Source of the DNA: Catajapyx aquilonaris
Lineage: Eukaryota
DNA: 63,155 bases
NCBI GenBank assembly: GCA_000934665.2
Contig: KZ538612.1
Coordinates: 1 to 63,155, forward strand
Reading direction: 5' to 3'
Shown here: one piece after another, positions 48,010 through 60,000 of the stretch
Numbering within the stretch: the stretch's first letter is position 1
Layout: each line of letters opens with the position of its first letter
Translations under genes and position numbers: made by a program
Notes under the pieces: model-generated
The model's input: only the letters and a program-made list of their open reading frames with translations
Database searches by the model: none
Told to the model about the DNA's origin: nothing

Positions 48010-51000
48010 AGCCATAAAAACTATTACTATATACTCGACTCATGAAGCCAATAATGAATAATACAACAAAACTAAGTAAATAAAGCATAATGCAACAAAA
48101 CAAAATGCAAGCAGCTGCTAAGTGCAAATATTCAAGAAACTTACATTGTCGCAACAACAACACAAGTGTTTGAATACCCAGGGGATTCCTGAAGTATTCA
48201 TATTAAACCCCCAAATTGTCTCTTCTCCAGTACCCTACCTGCAGAGCTTCAATGTTAGCATAGAGCGGCTCCTGAGCTTTTTGTGGTGGGCTTTGCCTGC
48301 GGTTAGTCTCTGGGGTGGAGTGGGCACTGTTGTTGGAGCTAGAGCCCTGCCGGCGGAGTTGTTGTTGTTGACGATGGTGGTGGAGGTCGAATGGGGGTGG
48401 TGGTGGTGGTGGTTGTTGCAGACCCCCACCTGCCATCTGTCCCTATTTGGGGGTTTTGTTCAATTTTCAAATGACATGCAATGCCTCAGCAATTGACTAT
48501 CAAAAAGGGCAAGAGAAATGGCTTCATAGAACTGGTCCATCAAAAAATTTATCTCCAATAATTAAAATCTGAATATGTAGCTTCAATGGTGCAGTCAAGA
48601 ATACCACTTGAAAATTTTCTCACATGAGTTTTTCAGCCCTGGGTAGAGGGAGGCCTTAGCCCTCTTCAAAAAAATTGTGACCATATTTACATGTTTGAAG
48701 TTAGTAGAATGCTCACAAATGGCTGCCATTTTAGAATGTAGTTCAAGCAGCCACAGTTATTGGAAAGCTACACCGATGGGTGTCATGACAAATAAGAGTG
48801 GGACTTGAGTGCTTCAATTTAGTGTACAGTGTCGAGGAGTGTCTCGTTTTCATCTTAGGAAAAAAATGTAATTCACTCTGATTTGCCCTCACATCAAATG
48901 GACTTGCAATAATGATCATTTCAGCAATTACTCTGGGCCATCAGTATGTCTATTTTTTTAAATTGTTCAAATATGAGGCAACCATTAATTGCAGATTAAC
49001 CCACATTTTTGTTGAAGTGTTTTAGGGCTCCCCACCCACTCAACTCAAACAAAAGCAATCAAACAAAAAAAAGCTGGCAAAAACAGCATGCAGAAATTCA
49101 CGTTCAGGCAAGTTGACTAGGGAGTTATGAAAGCTTTATGTTTAATTTTTTTTAAGCTCTAACCTTGTGCAGATCGTAGCTGAGGAGCTGCATGCTTGGT
49201 GACAATTGGGCATGAAAGTTGAATTTGTTGACCCAGTCCTCCATCTGTTTCTCATTTTCGCAGGCAAAGAGGTACTCTGACCCCTCCGTTGGGCGTATTC
49301 GAAAGACATGCTTTCTCTTGGTATAATCCCCAGCTTTCTCGCATGTTGCCTTGTAGATGAGTATAGGAGAGGCTGCAGCTTTGCTGCTGAAGAAGTCTTC
49401 TTGGTCCTTAAAAAAGCAAAGAAGCTGACCACACAAAACGGTGTAAAATGTCTTCCAGGAGCGAACAGGGGCTTTCTTTCCACCACTCTGCAGCTCATGT
49501 TTGCGCTCAAGATATGCTTCAATCTCCACAGGAGGAAGGTTCTGGTTCTCCAGGCGTTTCAGCTTACGGAAGCTCTGGGTACGACGTCGAGTGGTGAAAC
49601 TAGGAGTGCGCTTGGGCTTCTTCGTCTCTACCTTCATGCTCTCAGCACGCTTGATGTCACCTGAGAAATGGCATAATTTTCTTATAGATTCAGGAGGGGG
49701 AGCACTTTAGGATATAGCTGTCCAACCGTGGTTTTGAAGAAACAAATTTCTTAGCCATCCAACCTCCCATAAGACATGTTCCAAATGTTTACAGCCTCCA
49801 AGTAGTCATGACACATTATTATGACTATTTAAATATCACTTCTTGATTCATTTATATGGGAGTCTTACAGACTGCTGTACATGTTATATCATGGATCCTA
49901 ATTTCATGGTAAATTTTTCAATAAAAATTTTAGCCTTTTAAATCATGATCTTCCTCCACAACTTTCCCAATATAAGAACATTTCACTAGTAATGAAAGCA
50001 ATGTTTTTGTTCCCTGTATTGCATGCATGAATGGTGAAAGGTCAGGAATAACTCCTTTCACTGATGTGGTTATTTGTTCTCTGCTCCCTAAGGGTACTTT
50101 TTGTCAGCTTTTTGTTTTAGTCCTTCACAATATAGTCCTCTGGCCCAAGTTTTACACACAAGTGTGTTCTAGTTATAGCCCTTAAGGGTTGCCAGGCTTG
50201 GTGCCAGGTAGTTCGCACCTTCTACCTTTGCAGCTAGAGAATTCGAGATATAGGCCTACCAGTACCTTGAATCCTTGACTAGCATTACCAGTATCAGTTA
50301 TAACTGGCACTATTCCATCATCACTGCAGCTGCACATTTTAGTTTGCAGTGTTCCTGAGAGGAGTGCACTGCAACATGGATGCTGTCTTTGTTTGCATTC
50401 TAAACCTGTCCTGCCTCTTGGACCATTCATTTGAGCATAGTAATATCAAGTATAATGCAATACAAGAACCAGAAAAAACTACTTTCAATACTTAATGACA
50501 CCTTCTCATTTATGAGGTAGCTTATCCCCACACTGCCTAGTACCTACTGTAACACCACCATGGCTCAGAATTAATAGCACATGTTATACCACATCCTGCC
50601 AAGTGCTAATCAAAAATTATCCAGTAAATTATTCTACTAGTACTATACCAACTAAACTGATGAATAAACTTCCCCACATGGGTACTTATACACTGCTATT
50701 TAAGTTTCAAATGATGACGACATTGTTTTCATTGTTCAGCACATCACAATAACAATGGCAACATAGGTGAAGTAATTTGCTAATTTTTACCATTCCTCCA
50801 GGGCCAGCCCAAACACTGCATTGACTGAAATTGGGCTGAATACAGAACCAGTTGATTTCAGCAAGGGTGATACTACTAGAATTTACTGTAGAATCCATTT
50901 CATAAACTATTAGCATCTGAGGATTTTACTCCTTTTTACCAGGCTTTTTTTTTTAAACTCTTCCCTACAACCAAGATGCTTCTATTCAACACCAAAGCAG

Positions 51001-54000
51001 TATTTTTGCTGTCTTCAAAGGCCTATTCATACAACACAAAATATCCACACTTTCCATCATTCCCATAAACAAGCTTGCCTGGGTCAATCATCATAGCCTA
51101 ACTTTGGTGAAGAAATTTCCTTAATTTGCTTAATTTTCTCTCATTTCAAGTGCCAAAGAATTAACTCTCTGCCTTGTGAAAATTACATTTGCAAGAGTAC
51201 TGGCAATAGGGATTGACCAGGTCAGGCAGAGGGCACGACCTCTAGATTTATTTTCCATCCAGCACAATGTTCATATTTGAATTCTCCACCACAAATCTTA
51301 CTCTGAGGCAGTCACAATGTAAACATCCACCTGGCAGAACCCTTCTGAAAATTACAAAAGATATATAGTAGAAAGTATGGAAATCGCATATGCAATGTGA
51401 ATAGGTCTTAACTGTTAAAGTAGTTGCTAAATAAAAGCGGGTTAGTAGTAAAGCCAGCGTGTCTTAATAAATCAATGGCGTGGAACGATATATACAGGGT
51501 GTCCCACAAATTACGCTACCCAGAATTACTTCCATAACATCAACAAAAATGAAGATATTGCAACGAAATTTGAACTGAACTAACCTTGTCATGTGTGATT
51601 TGAAATGGCATCACAACATGTGTTGGAAATGGCCACCATTAGCGGCCAGGCAGGTCTCAACACGGTGCGACATATTTTGGAATGTTCTGGCCAGCATATA
51701 TCCTGCGGTACTGCCTGAATTTCCTGGATGATGTTGTCCTTCAAGGCCTGGATGGACCGTGGATTGTTGCGGTACACACTTCCTTTCAGAAAGCCCCACA
51801 AGAAGTAATCAGGTGGCGTAAGATCGGGCGACCGCGGTGGCCACAGTCCCTTCGAAATGACTCTGTCGCCGAAGGACTTTATTTCGGCCATGCTGACAAT
51901 CATGTGATGTGTAATTGTGTGGCATGTCGCCCCATCCTGTTGACAGGTTTGGGCCACTTTGGATCAGGAAGCAAGGGCATCCGCCGCGCGCCACTGCTCA
52001 GGTGTCGTCTGGCCGATTCGTCGCTCCAGCGTCAGTATTACAGCCCCCACATTTGCCAGACCCATTCCAATTCCTTTCTCACGTGTTGAGGTTGCTTGAG
52101 TTCAAATTTCGTTGCAATATCTTCATTTGTGTTACACTTATTAATGTAATTCTGGGTAGCGTAATTTGTGGGGCACCCTGTATATCAGCTAAATGTTGCA
52201 CAAGCTACATAGCATACTGCACATGTGACAAATGTGCAGGCGCTCTAGTTCCAGACAAGTGCAAGTGAGAAATTAACTTCAAGTTCATGTAACTACTCTA
52301 CTATGCATTAACTATCCCACTACCATGCACCTCCCCACTCACCCCCACTCCTACTACCACCATCGAACCCATGCACTGGAAGCTGCAACCTCTGCTGATC
52401 CCTGCTCATGTCGAGCAGGCTGCCACTATCCGCCTCACCTCTCCGCAGCTTCTCTCCTGCCACCAGGCTGCTCTGGCTGCCCATCCTCCGAAGCATCAGT
52501 TGGCTCGACTCAGGACCCTCTAGTTGGCCCAACCTGAAAGATGTTATGTGGGTGGCCAATAAGTAGATGAACCTTAAGATGTAGCAAAATTTCCATTTAT
52601 AACACAGGCCTCCAATGAAATTTTTTCTTCAAAGTGAGAGGTGTTTCTTATGTATTTTTTAATGCTGATTTCGGGGAAAATACGCAAAATCTTCTATCAC
52701 CCACAGTTTTTGAGATGTATCGTTTAAAAACTTTGAACGATTTACTAGGGGTCTTTCAGAATCAAGTGGGCCTAAATGTTGCTAGACCGTCTCGGATCTT
52801 GGTCAAAATAATCGCAGATGTACTCAACCATTCGTTAATGCTGCTTATAAAATTTACGCCATATTGCGGAATACCATGACGAGGAAAGAAATTGCAAAAA
52901 TCTGGAATGACTGGAATTTCGGTTAGTGGAAGTGATCAGAACCCAATGAATATATACATCAAAATAAAGGGAAACACCAGGAGAATGCGCCGCTGAAATT
53001 AGTTTTCCTCTAAAATGCAAAAATAAATTTTTAGAGCATTTCATTGGTCACTTTCTCAGTCACGTGCCCAAGAATTGTGACCTCAACAATTAGTGATGTG
53101 TTTGCGTTACATCAGTCATATTTAGTGACACTAGTTGTGACTGACACAAGGTTCAGTATGTTAAGTTTGAGGCCTTGGTCATGCATGGTTCGCGAGAAAA
53201 TAATAGATAATATATATTATAATATATGAGTGTATCACAGGCCTGCGATGAAATTTTTTTCTTCAAAGTGAGAGGTGTTTCTTATGTATTTTTTGATGCT
53301 GATTTCGGGAAAAATACGCAAAAACTTCTATCACGTACAGTTTCGACACAAATCGAGAATTTCTGTCTGGTAGCCTACATACTGGGCGCGCTGCTTTAAA
53401 AATCTGTCAAAACAATATTTAGCTTAGAAAATAGGTATTTCAGGTCAACGACGATAAATTGAAACATAGAAAGTAGAAAAATGTTAAAATTTAATTTATA
53501 ACCGCTAATGTGGCAACACCTGAACCGCGTGGTAGAGTGGGTGCATAGAAAACATTTTTTTTCACGAGTACGTGTAAGTAGCTACTCATGCCATCTAGTT
53601 CATCTTGAAGGAGATGGCCGTGGCTTTGTAACCTATTTTTTTCTCAAACCTACTCATCCCCACCAAGGCCTGAACCAGAAAGCTTTTTTACTCTGCTATA
53701 CTCCTCTGTGTGATTTTCCTGAATCTTTATTCTTACTTTGTGGAAAAACCAGACATGATAAGAGGAAAAAGCTCAGCATTTCTGAACTCAGCTTATCGAA
53801 ATACATTAGAAACACAAAACTATGCAGAAAAAAAATAAAAAGTATTATTTCGCAAGCCTGTGTAATTAAAGAGGCCGTTGTGCATGGCCCACATGACCAG
53901 CTGCAATCTATGGTCACAGGCTACAATGATAACAGGCATGCTTTTCATTCACTTTCATTTTAGCTTAGTACTTTTGTTAGTCCTTGTAAGTAACTGTTCA

Positions 54001-57000
54001 ATAAGGAGCTTATGGAAAAATCCCTAACAACTATAACAATCGATTTGAACGCTTGAGAGCACTAATGCTTGTAGAAGCTATCGAATCGGTACTTTCGGTT
54101 GGTGCAATCATGCATAACTGCTTCAAAACTTGAACATGTCTCATTATGGTATACTGGGTCCAATATTACAAGGCAGACACCACCCACTCCAGACAACCAA
54201 CTGTAATAACTGAGGGCAATTCAAGGCTCAGCATTTGTGTACTGGATTGTCCAGAGTGGGTTGCATTCAGATAATGAAGCGGCTTATAACAAAAGACAAA
54301 ATCTACTTATTGGCAGAAATCTTAGTTCTTCCCATTTTCACTCCTGTACTAAGTTCAGCTGTTTCTCTACTACAACAAATGTTATTACAACATATTAACA
54401 CATCACATGGAGGAAATCATCAGTATTTTTTGAATTATCAGATACTGATCCCTACTGTCATTGGCTTATGCTCACCTCGCCTGATCATCAGCCTGGTGGT
54501 TTAGCATGTCACTGGATCCTCCAAGTTCGCCATTTATCCTCTCTGCATCTTCTCGGCTGAACTTGATCTCCTGAGTCCTGCGACGCTCATCTTCCCGCCG
54601 CCTCTCCTGCAATTTGAAGTGACAAAAGTAGTGCCAAAAGTGGCATGGTTCTTATTGACCTATTGAGTAACAGCAGAATACTGACATCTGTGATCCTTTG
54701 CACTTCCTTCCTCTTAAGAGCCTGCAATCGTTCCCTTTCTTGCCTCTCCTGCTCATGCTTCTTGGCCTCCTCCTCCTCCTTCCGCTGCTCCTGGAAGAAG
54801 CGCTCCACCAAAGTTACCCTCCTGATAGCCTCCAGCTTCTCCTCTTGGGCTTCTATGGTTTTCTCAAAATCCTCATGCTTGCGAAGAAGCTCCTCCACCT
54901 GAGGAATGGATTCTCCCAGTTGCGAATCAGCCAAGATGGCTTCCCGACTCAGAATCCAGCTCTCCAAATGCTCAGCGTCACGCTTGAAATTCTACAAATC
55001 AGAGTAGGTCAGATTTCTGGAACATCTTTAAAATTTCGAGAAACCTCGCCCTTCCTGATAAAACAGGGATTTACCTGTGTGTCCAAGTTCTGGTCATAGA
55101 GCACCTTTCTTTTGTTCCACGTGTCAAGCAGCAGCCTCTTCCTCTGCTCCAATGTGGCAACCTTCTCCTCAATCTCAATTGCCAGAAAATGTCCCTGGCC
55201 AATCATTCGTTTTCCTTCTTGGAAGAATTTCTCCAGGGCATCCTCCCTGGTATTCACCTCTGCTCTGTACTCCTGATGCCTGGACACTAATGCCTCCGCC
55301 CCTGCCACATCCCTAGCCAGCTCAGGGGCTGTGATCTTGGCCAGCATCTCATTCACCCAGGCAATCAGCTCACGGTATTCATCAAAATAAGCTTGCAGTT
55401 GCTCAGCTTGTTGCAATTTGTCCTTCCTCTGGGCCGACTTATCCAGTAGTTCTTGCCATGCATCAACTGTCTCTTCCTGCTTCACGCTGATGTGGTCACG
55501 AGCATCCGGGAATAACTGAGCCAAACGACTGGCCTCAGATATCACAGCCTCAACCTATAAAAAGGAATTGTGTAATAACAAAGCATTTTCCAGGTAAGTA
55601 CTGTTTGACCTATAATAATGTTTATGGAATTTACGTCAACCACCAATACAGCCACATGACGACCCTATTCTCTAGCCACTATTGGATACAAGCAGCATGT
55701 TTCTGGAGGTTTTATTTGAAACACAGTAACAGTTCGTTTGACGGTATCAAGCACTCTCTCAGTCAATTTATTCATCTTTTGATCACTCCCAAGGCACCCG
55801 CTTGTAACAAAGTTGTCTGGAGGTGGCAAAACAAGTGAAGGAAATTTATTGTAAGACATGAACTAGGGTATGGGTGCTCAAAGATCACCATTGAACTTAC
55901 TCGAGACTTTGAATAATGCCTATGTAAGGATTGATATGTACAGTACCTAGGAGTGACCAAGAGATGAAGAAAGAGGTTTGGTCCTCCACATATGCTTACA
56001 AAATCTGGTACTATGGTCAGAAAAAGGCATGAACCCACCTCAGTCTTTTGTCTTGTAGTAGCCAAACATGTACTCCATCATGTGGCTATGATGAATTTTG
56101 AGAAAATGCTTTTCATGGCCAAACAGACACTACTTATGGAGTGCAGTTATAATTTACATACAAATATTTAACACGAAATAAGGATCATGGTAACTCTTAA
56201 TCTCATACACATATGTACACATAATGTAAGACAACTTTTTCCAGCATTGTTGAAAATATCACATCATTAACATAGCTTTTAGCCAAGTCTACATACATGT
56301 TCTTTAACAGCAGCCAAGTCACGCTCGAATCCTTCATGTTTGCGCCTCAGAGCTTGTATGCTTTCCAAGTCATGTCCGTAATCCTCAGAAGACAAGATAG
56401 TGTCTTTCTCCTGGATCCATCCGATTGTTTCATCGGCATTTCTGTCAAACACATGCACTTGCTTTGCGCCAGCCAGTGCCTAGAAAACAGGTTTTGGAAA
56501 ATAAGTTACAACTTGGATTTGGTCTGGCTTGGACCCTGTCTATGGCAGGAATAAGGAGAAGTAAAGCTAAGATACAATCAAAAACAATCCTAGCAGACTA
56601 ACATGTCATGTGATTTTATCGAAGCATCTCCAGTGGTTAGCAGTGGTTTGGAAGGAAGCTTTGTATTATTTAGCAGTTACTTCAGTCATTACGTTTTGAG
56701 GCTATCAAAAATATCACTTGCTATTACTGCATTAAATGGAGAGCAATTTAGTTATATCAAATGCAAGCATATAAAAAGTTGAAATCAGTGCAAATAACCA
56801 AGCATTAATCTCGCACGTCCAAAAATAACTCAAGTTCCATACCAAAATCTTAGGTATAATCCATTTTACACAATATTATTTTTTCTTAAATGTAACTGCC
56901 TAATAAGAAACGCAGTTCTCAAGTTCCAAAAACTAGCTAACCTCTCCAGAAATTTCGACTACAATGCATTGTCCATAAGTGTTTAAAAAAAACTACTTGC

Positions 57001-60000
57001 AGTAATCTCTTTATCACAATCATGACATATAAACATTAATGTCCTTACCTCTTGCCTAGCATTAGCCAGCTCCCTGAGATCTTCCCAAAGTTGCTGCAAA
57101 TCCTCAACTCTTGCATAAATTCTCTCCTTTTCTGGGTGCCCTTCATGCAGCATGACTTTCGCTGTATTTCTAACAGAAAGCACTCTATCCTCATTTGCAT
57201 TAAGTGCATTCAAAAAGGTCTCAAATCGCTGAATAAGTGCCTCCACATGTTCCACATCCCTCCCATAATCCTCACTAGCAGCCACACTCATCTGCTCCTG
57301 GACCCATTCTGACACTTCCTCTGCCTCTCTCAAAAATCGGAAGAGGCGTCTGTTTGATTCCAGGCAGCACCTTCGAGTCTCAACTAAAGTCTGTAGTTCC
57401 CCATACTTTAACTCTATGTCAGACTGCTTCCCTCTTATGTTGTCCGAGTCAAAGTGCCCTCGCTCAACCAGGCTCTGGCTGAGCTTGGACAGCTTGCCCA
57501 CACTAGAACTGAAGTTGGATACATCACGCTCTAGAGTGGCAAGTTTTTTCTCCAGTGAGGAGACAGAATCTTCATCTTTGCCATAGTCAGATGACGTCAG
57601 GAGGGGACGCTTCTCACGGATCCAAGCTTCTGCTTCTGATGCCTCAGCATAAAACTAGAAATGCCAAAAATTTACATGGTTTTGTTGACGCCATTACTTA
57701 ATTTTATCCGCATCACAATTTGTTTACTTATGAAGCAGTAACAAAAGGAACAGGGTAATCTCTTTGCAGATTGGTGCACTTCCCTAGTGCACAGTCCAAC
57801 AATGGAGGCAGGAAAGTTATCAAATGTGTTTAGTCCAGCACCCACTTTAATGAGAAGCAACAATCATAAAACATGACTGTGGCCCAGACCGTTGAAACCA
57901 GTGGGTTTTCTCCATAAAAGGTTTCCGGGGAAAGCAGTCCCACACTTCTCCCCCAACTGCTTCCCTGGAACATGCGCATGGCAGTTACGTCCCATTCAGC
58001 TTATATTGCTACACATCAAAAAAGAGTGTGCCACAATCAGAATTGCCATATAAAGACATGTAGAGTAGGTTAAAGGATTTCCTTTCCACATGAGGAGGGA
58101 TTATTAGCCTCCAACAGAGGTGCTAGCTCGGGGAGTGCAAGTCATTGCATCGGGGGAGGCAGCCCCTCTGTTGGAGGCTAATAATCCCTCATGTGGAAAA
58201 GAAATCCTTTAACCAACTGTACATGCAGGGATCGTGTAGGAATGCTCAAAACCAATTCTCCATAAATGAGTATGTTCATACAAAAACAGCTAAGTTAAGC
58301 AACATTACGTCTTGCGCATCTTACAAAGAATTGAAATCCCTACCCCTTGTGGTCAGGAAATTGGTTAGACTTCATCATTCCTTCTAATCCAAGTTCATCT
58401 TGAATCTCACAAATTTAAAAATAATACATTGGTTGTCATCTTACTGCTAGTTAGCAGTACCACAGTTAACTACTACTAACTGTGAGAAAGATTATGGGGC
58501 AAACCTGACTAGCAGAAGCAGTCTGCCAGGTAAGCCTTAACAGGATGACAAAAAACTCATCCAGTACTGTTATACTACCACAAGATATGGTCCCCTAAGA
58601 ATACACTCCCTCAGACGATACTGACCATCTGGGACTCAACAGCATCCAAAAGCCTGAGCCTCCTGAGGCTAGCCTGGTCCTTGAGGTGGCTGAGCCTGTC
58701 CTGCAACCTCTTCATCTGCTCCTCCACCTCTTGGGATGCAAAGTGGTTACTCCTGGTCATCTGCTGGGCCCGCCTTCCCAGTGTTGCTATGAAAGGTTCA
58801 TGAGACTGAATTTCAGCCTCAAGAGCTTGGTGTTTCTTCTGGAGGCTCTGGACAGCTGTGAGACTGAGCCCAAGATCAGCAGATGATGCCAGTGGTTCCT
58901 TCTCAAATACCCATTGGGTCTCATCTTCCACATCACGAAGGAATTGCTGCAGGAGCAGGGCATCCTCTAGATTGTCATGGCGAATCTGCATTGGTTCATG
59001 GAGGGCTTGATACCTATAATTTAAATATATAAACATATATATTATCAAAGCCATAACAGTAAAATGGCTCACAGGAAGGCCATGCACAGCCCCCGGCCAC
59101 TTGTACATCAGGTATATGGCTCCCCCTGTGCGCTTAGCTCATCGGCACTGTGATGAAGCACCAAGATAGGTGGCGGCGCCAGTAGTGGGCTATTCTGAAC
59201 CATTTTGCACATGGTTCAGAATTTCCCGCTAGTGGCGGCGCCACCTATCTTGGTGCTTCATCACGGAGCCACCATGGCAAGCCCACCTTGGTGGGGGAGA
59301 AGAGCGAAGCTCACACAAAAAGGGCAGGAGTGGCCAGGGCCTGGTCATGCAAGTCCAAAGAAATTCGAGGTAATCTGGAGACCATGGCCTTAGAATACTA
59401 AGGTCTGGTCCATGGCCATAGAAGAGAAGGTCTGGACACTCCCACCTACCCCCTGCCGACGAGTTTTGCAGAAGGTGCTCACTTGAGAGCGCCATGAGAC
59501 ATTTCACTCTCCGTTTATCTGGCGACCCTACTGGACTAACGCTGAACTTTATAGGTACAAAATAACAAAAGGGAAGCGCTACACTGGTGGACCCAACATG
59601 GTCGTCGGTGGCCATTTTGTGCCCGCATGTAGCGCTTACTTTTTGTACAGTACTGGCCAATAATCGAGGCAACGACTAGCGACATTTTCCCGAAGCGGCA
59701 GAAGAAGGAATCGAAGATAAGCATGCTTCAAGCCGGGCGAGCATGATTCCTTCTTCTGCCGCTTCGGGAAAATGTCGCTAGTCGTTGCCTAGATTATTGG
59801 CCAGTACTGTACCTATGAAGTTCAGCGTTAGTCCGGTAGGGTCGCCAGTTAAACGGAGAGTGAAATGTCTCATGGCACTCTCAAGTGAGCACCTTCTACA
59901 AAACACGTCGGCAGGTGATAACAGCAGAAGGTAGTAGGAGTGTCCGGGGGCAGGTCTGGTTACTCCCTCTTATCGCCTGACGGGGCGTTTTGCGGGGGGT

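Noticed and set aside
52603..53862. Transib/RAG-like element with RSS-like CACAG ends
   Set aside because: No 5-bp TSD and no nonamer spacing; the 3-bp TAA flanks fit Chapaev3 better; no transposase ORF.
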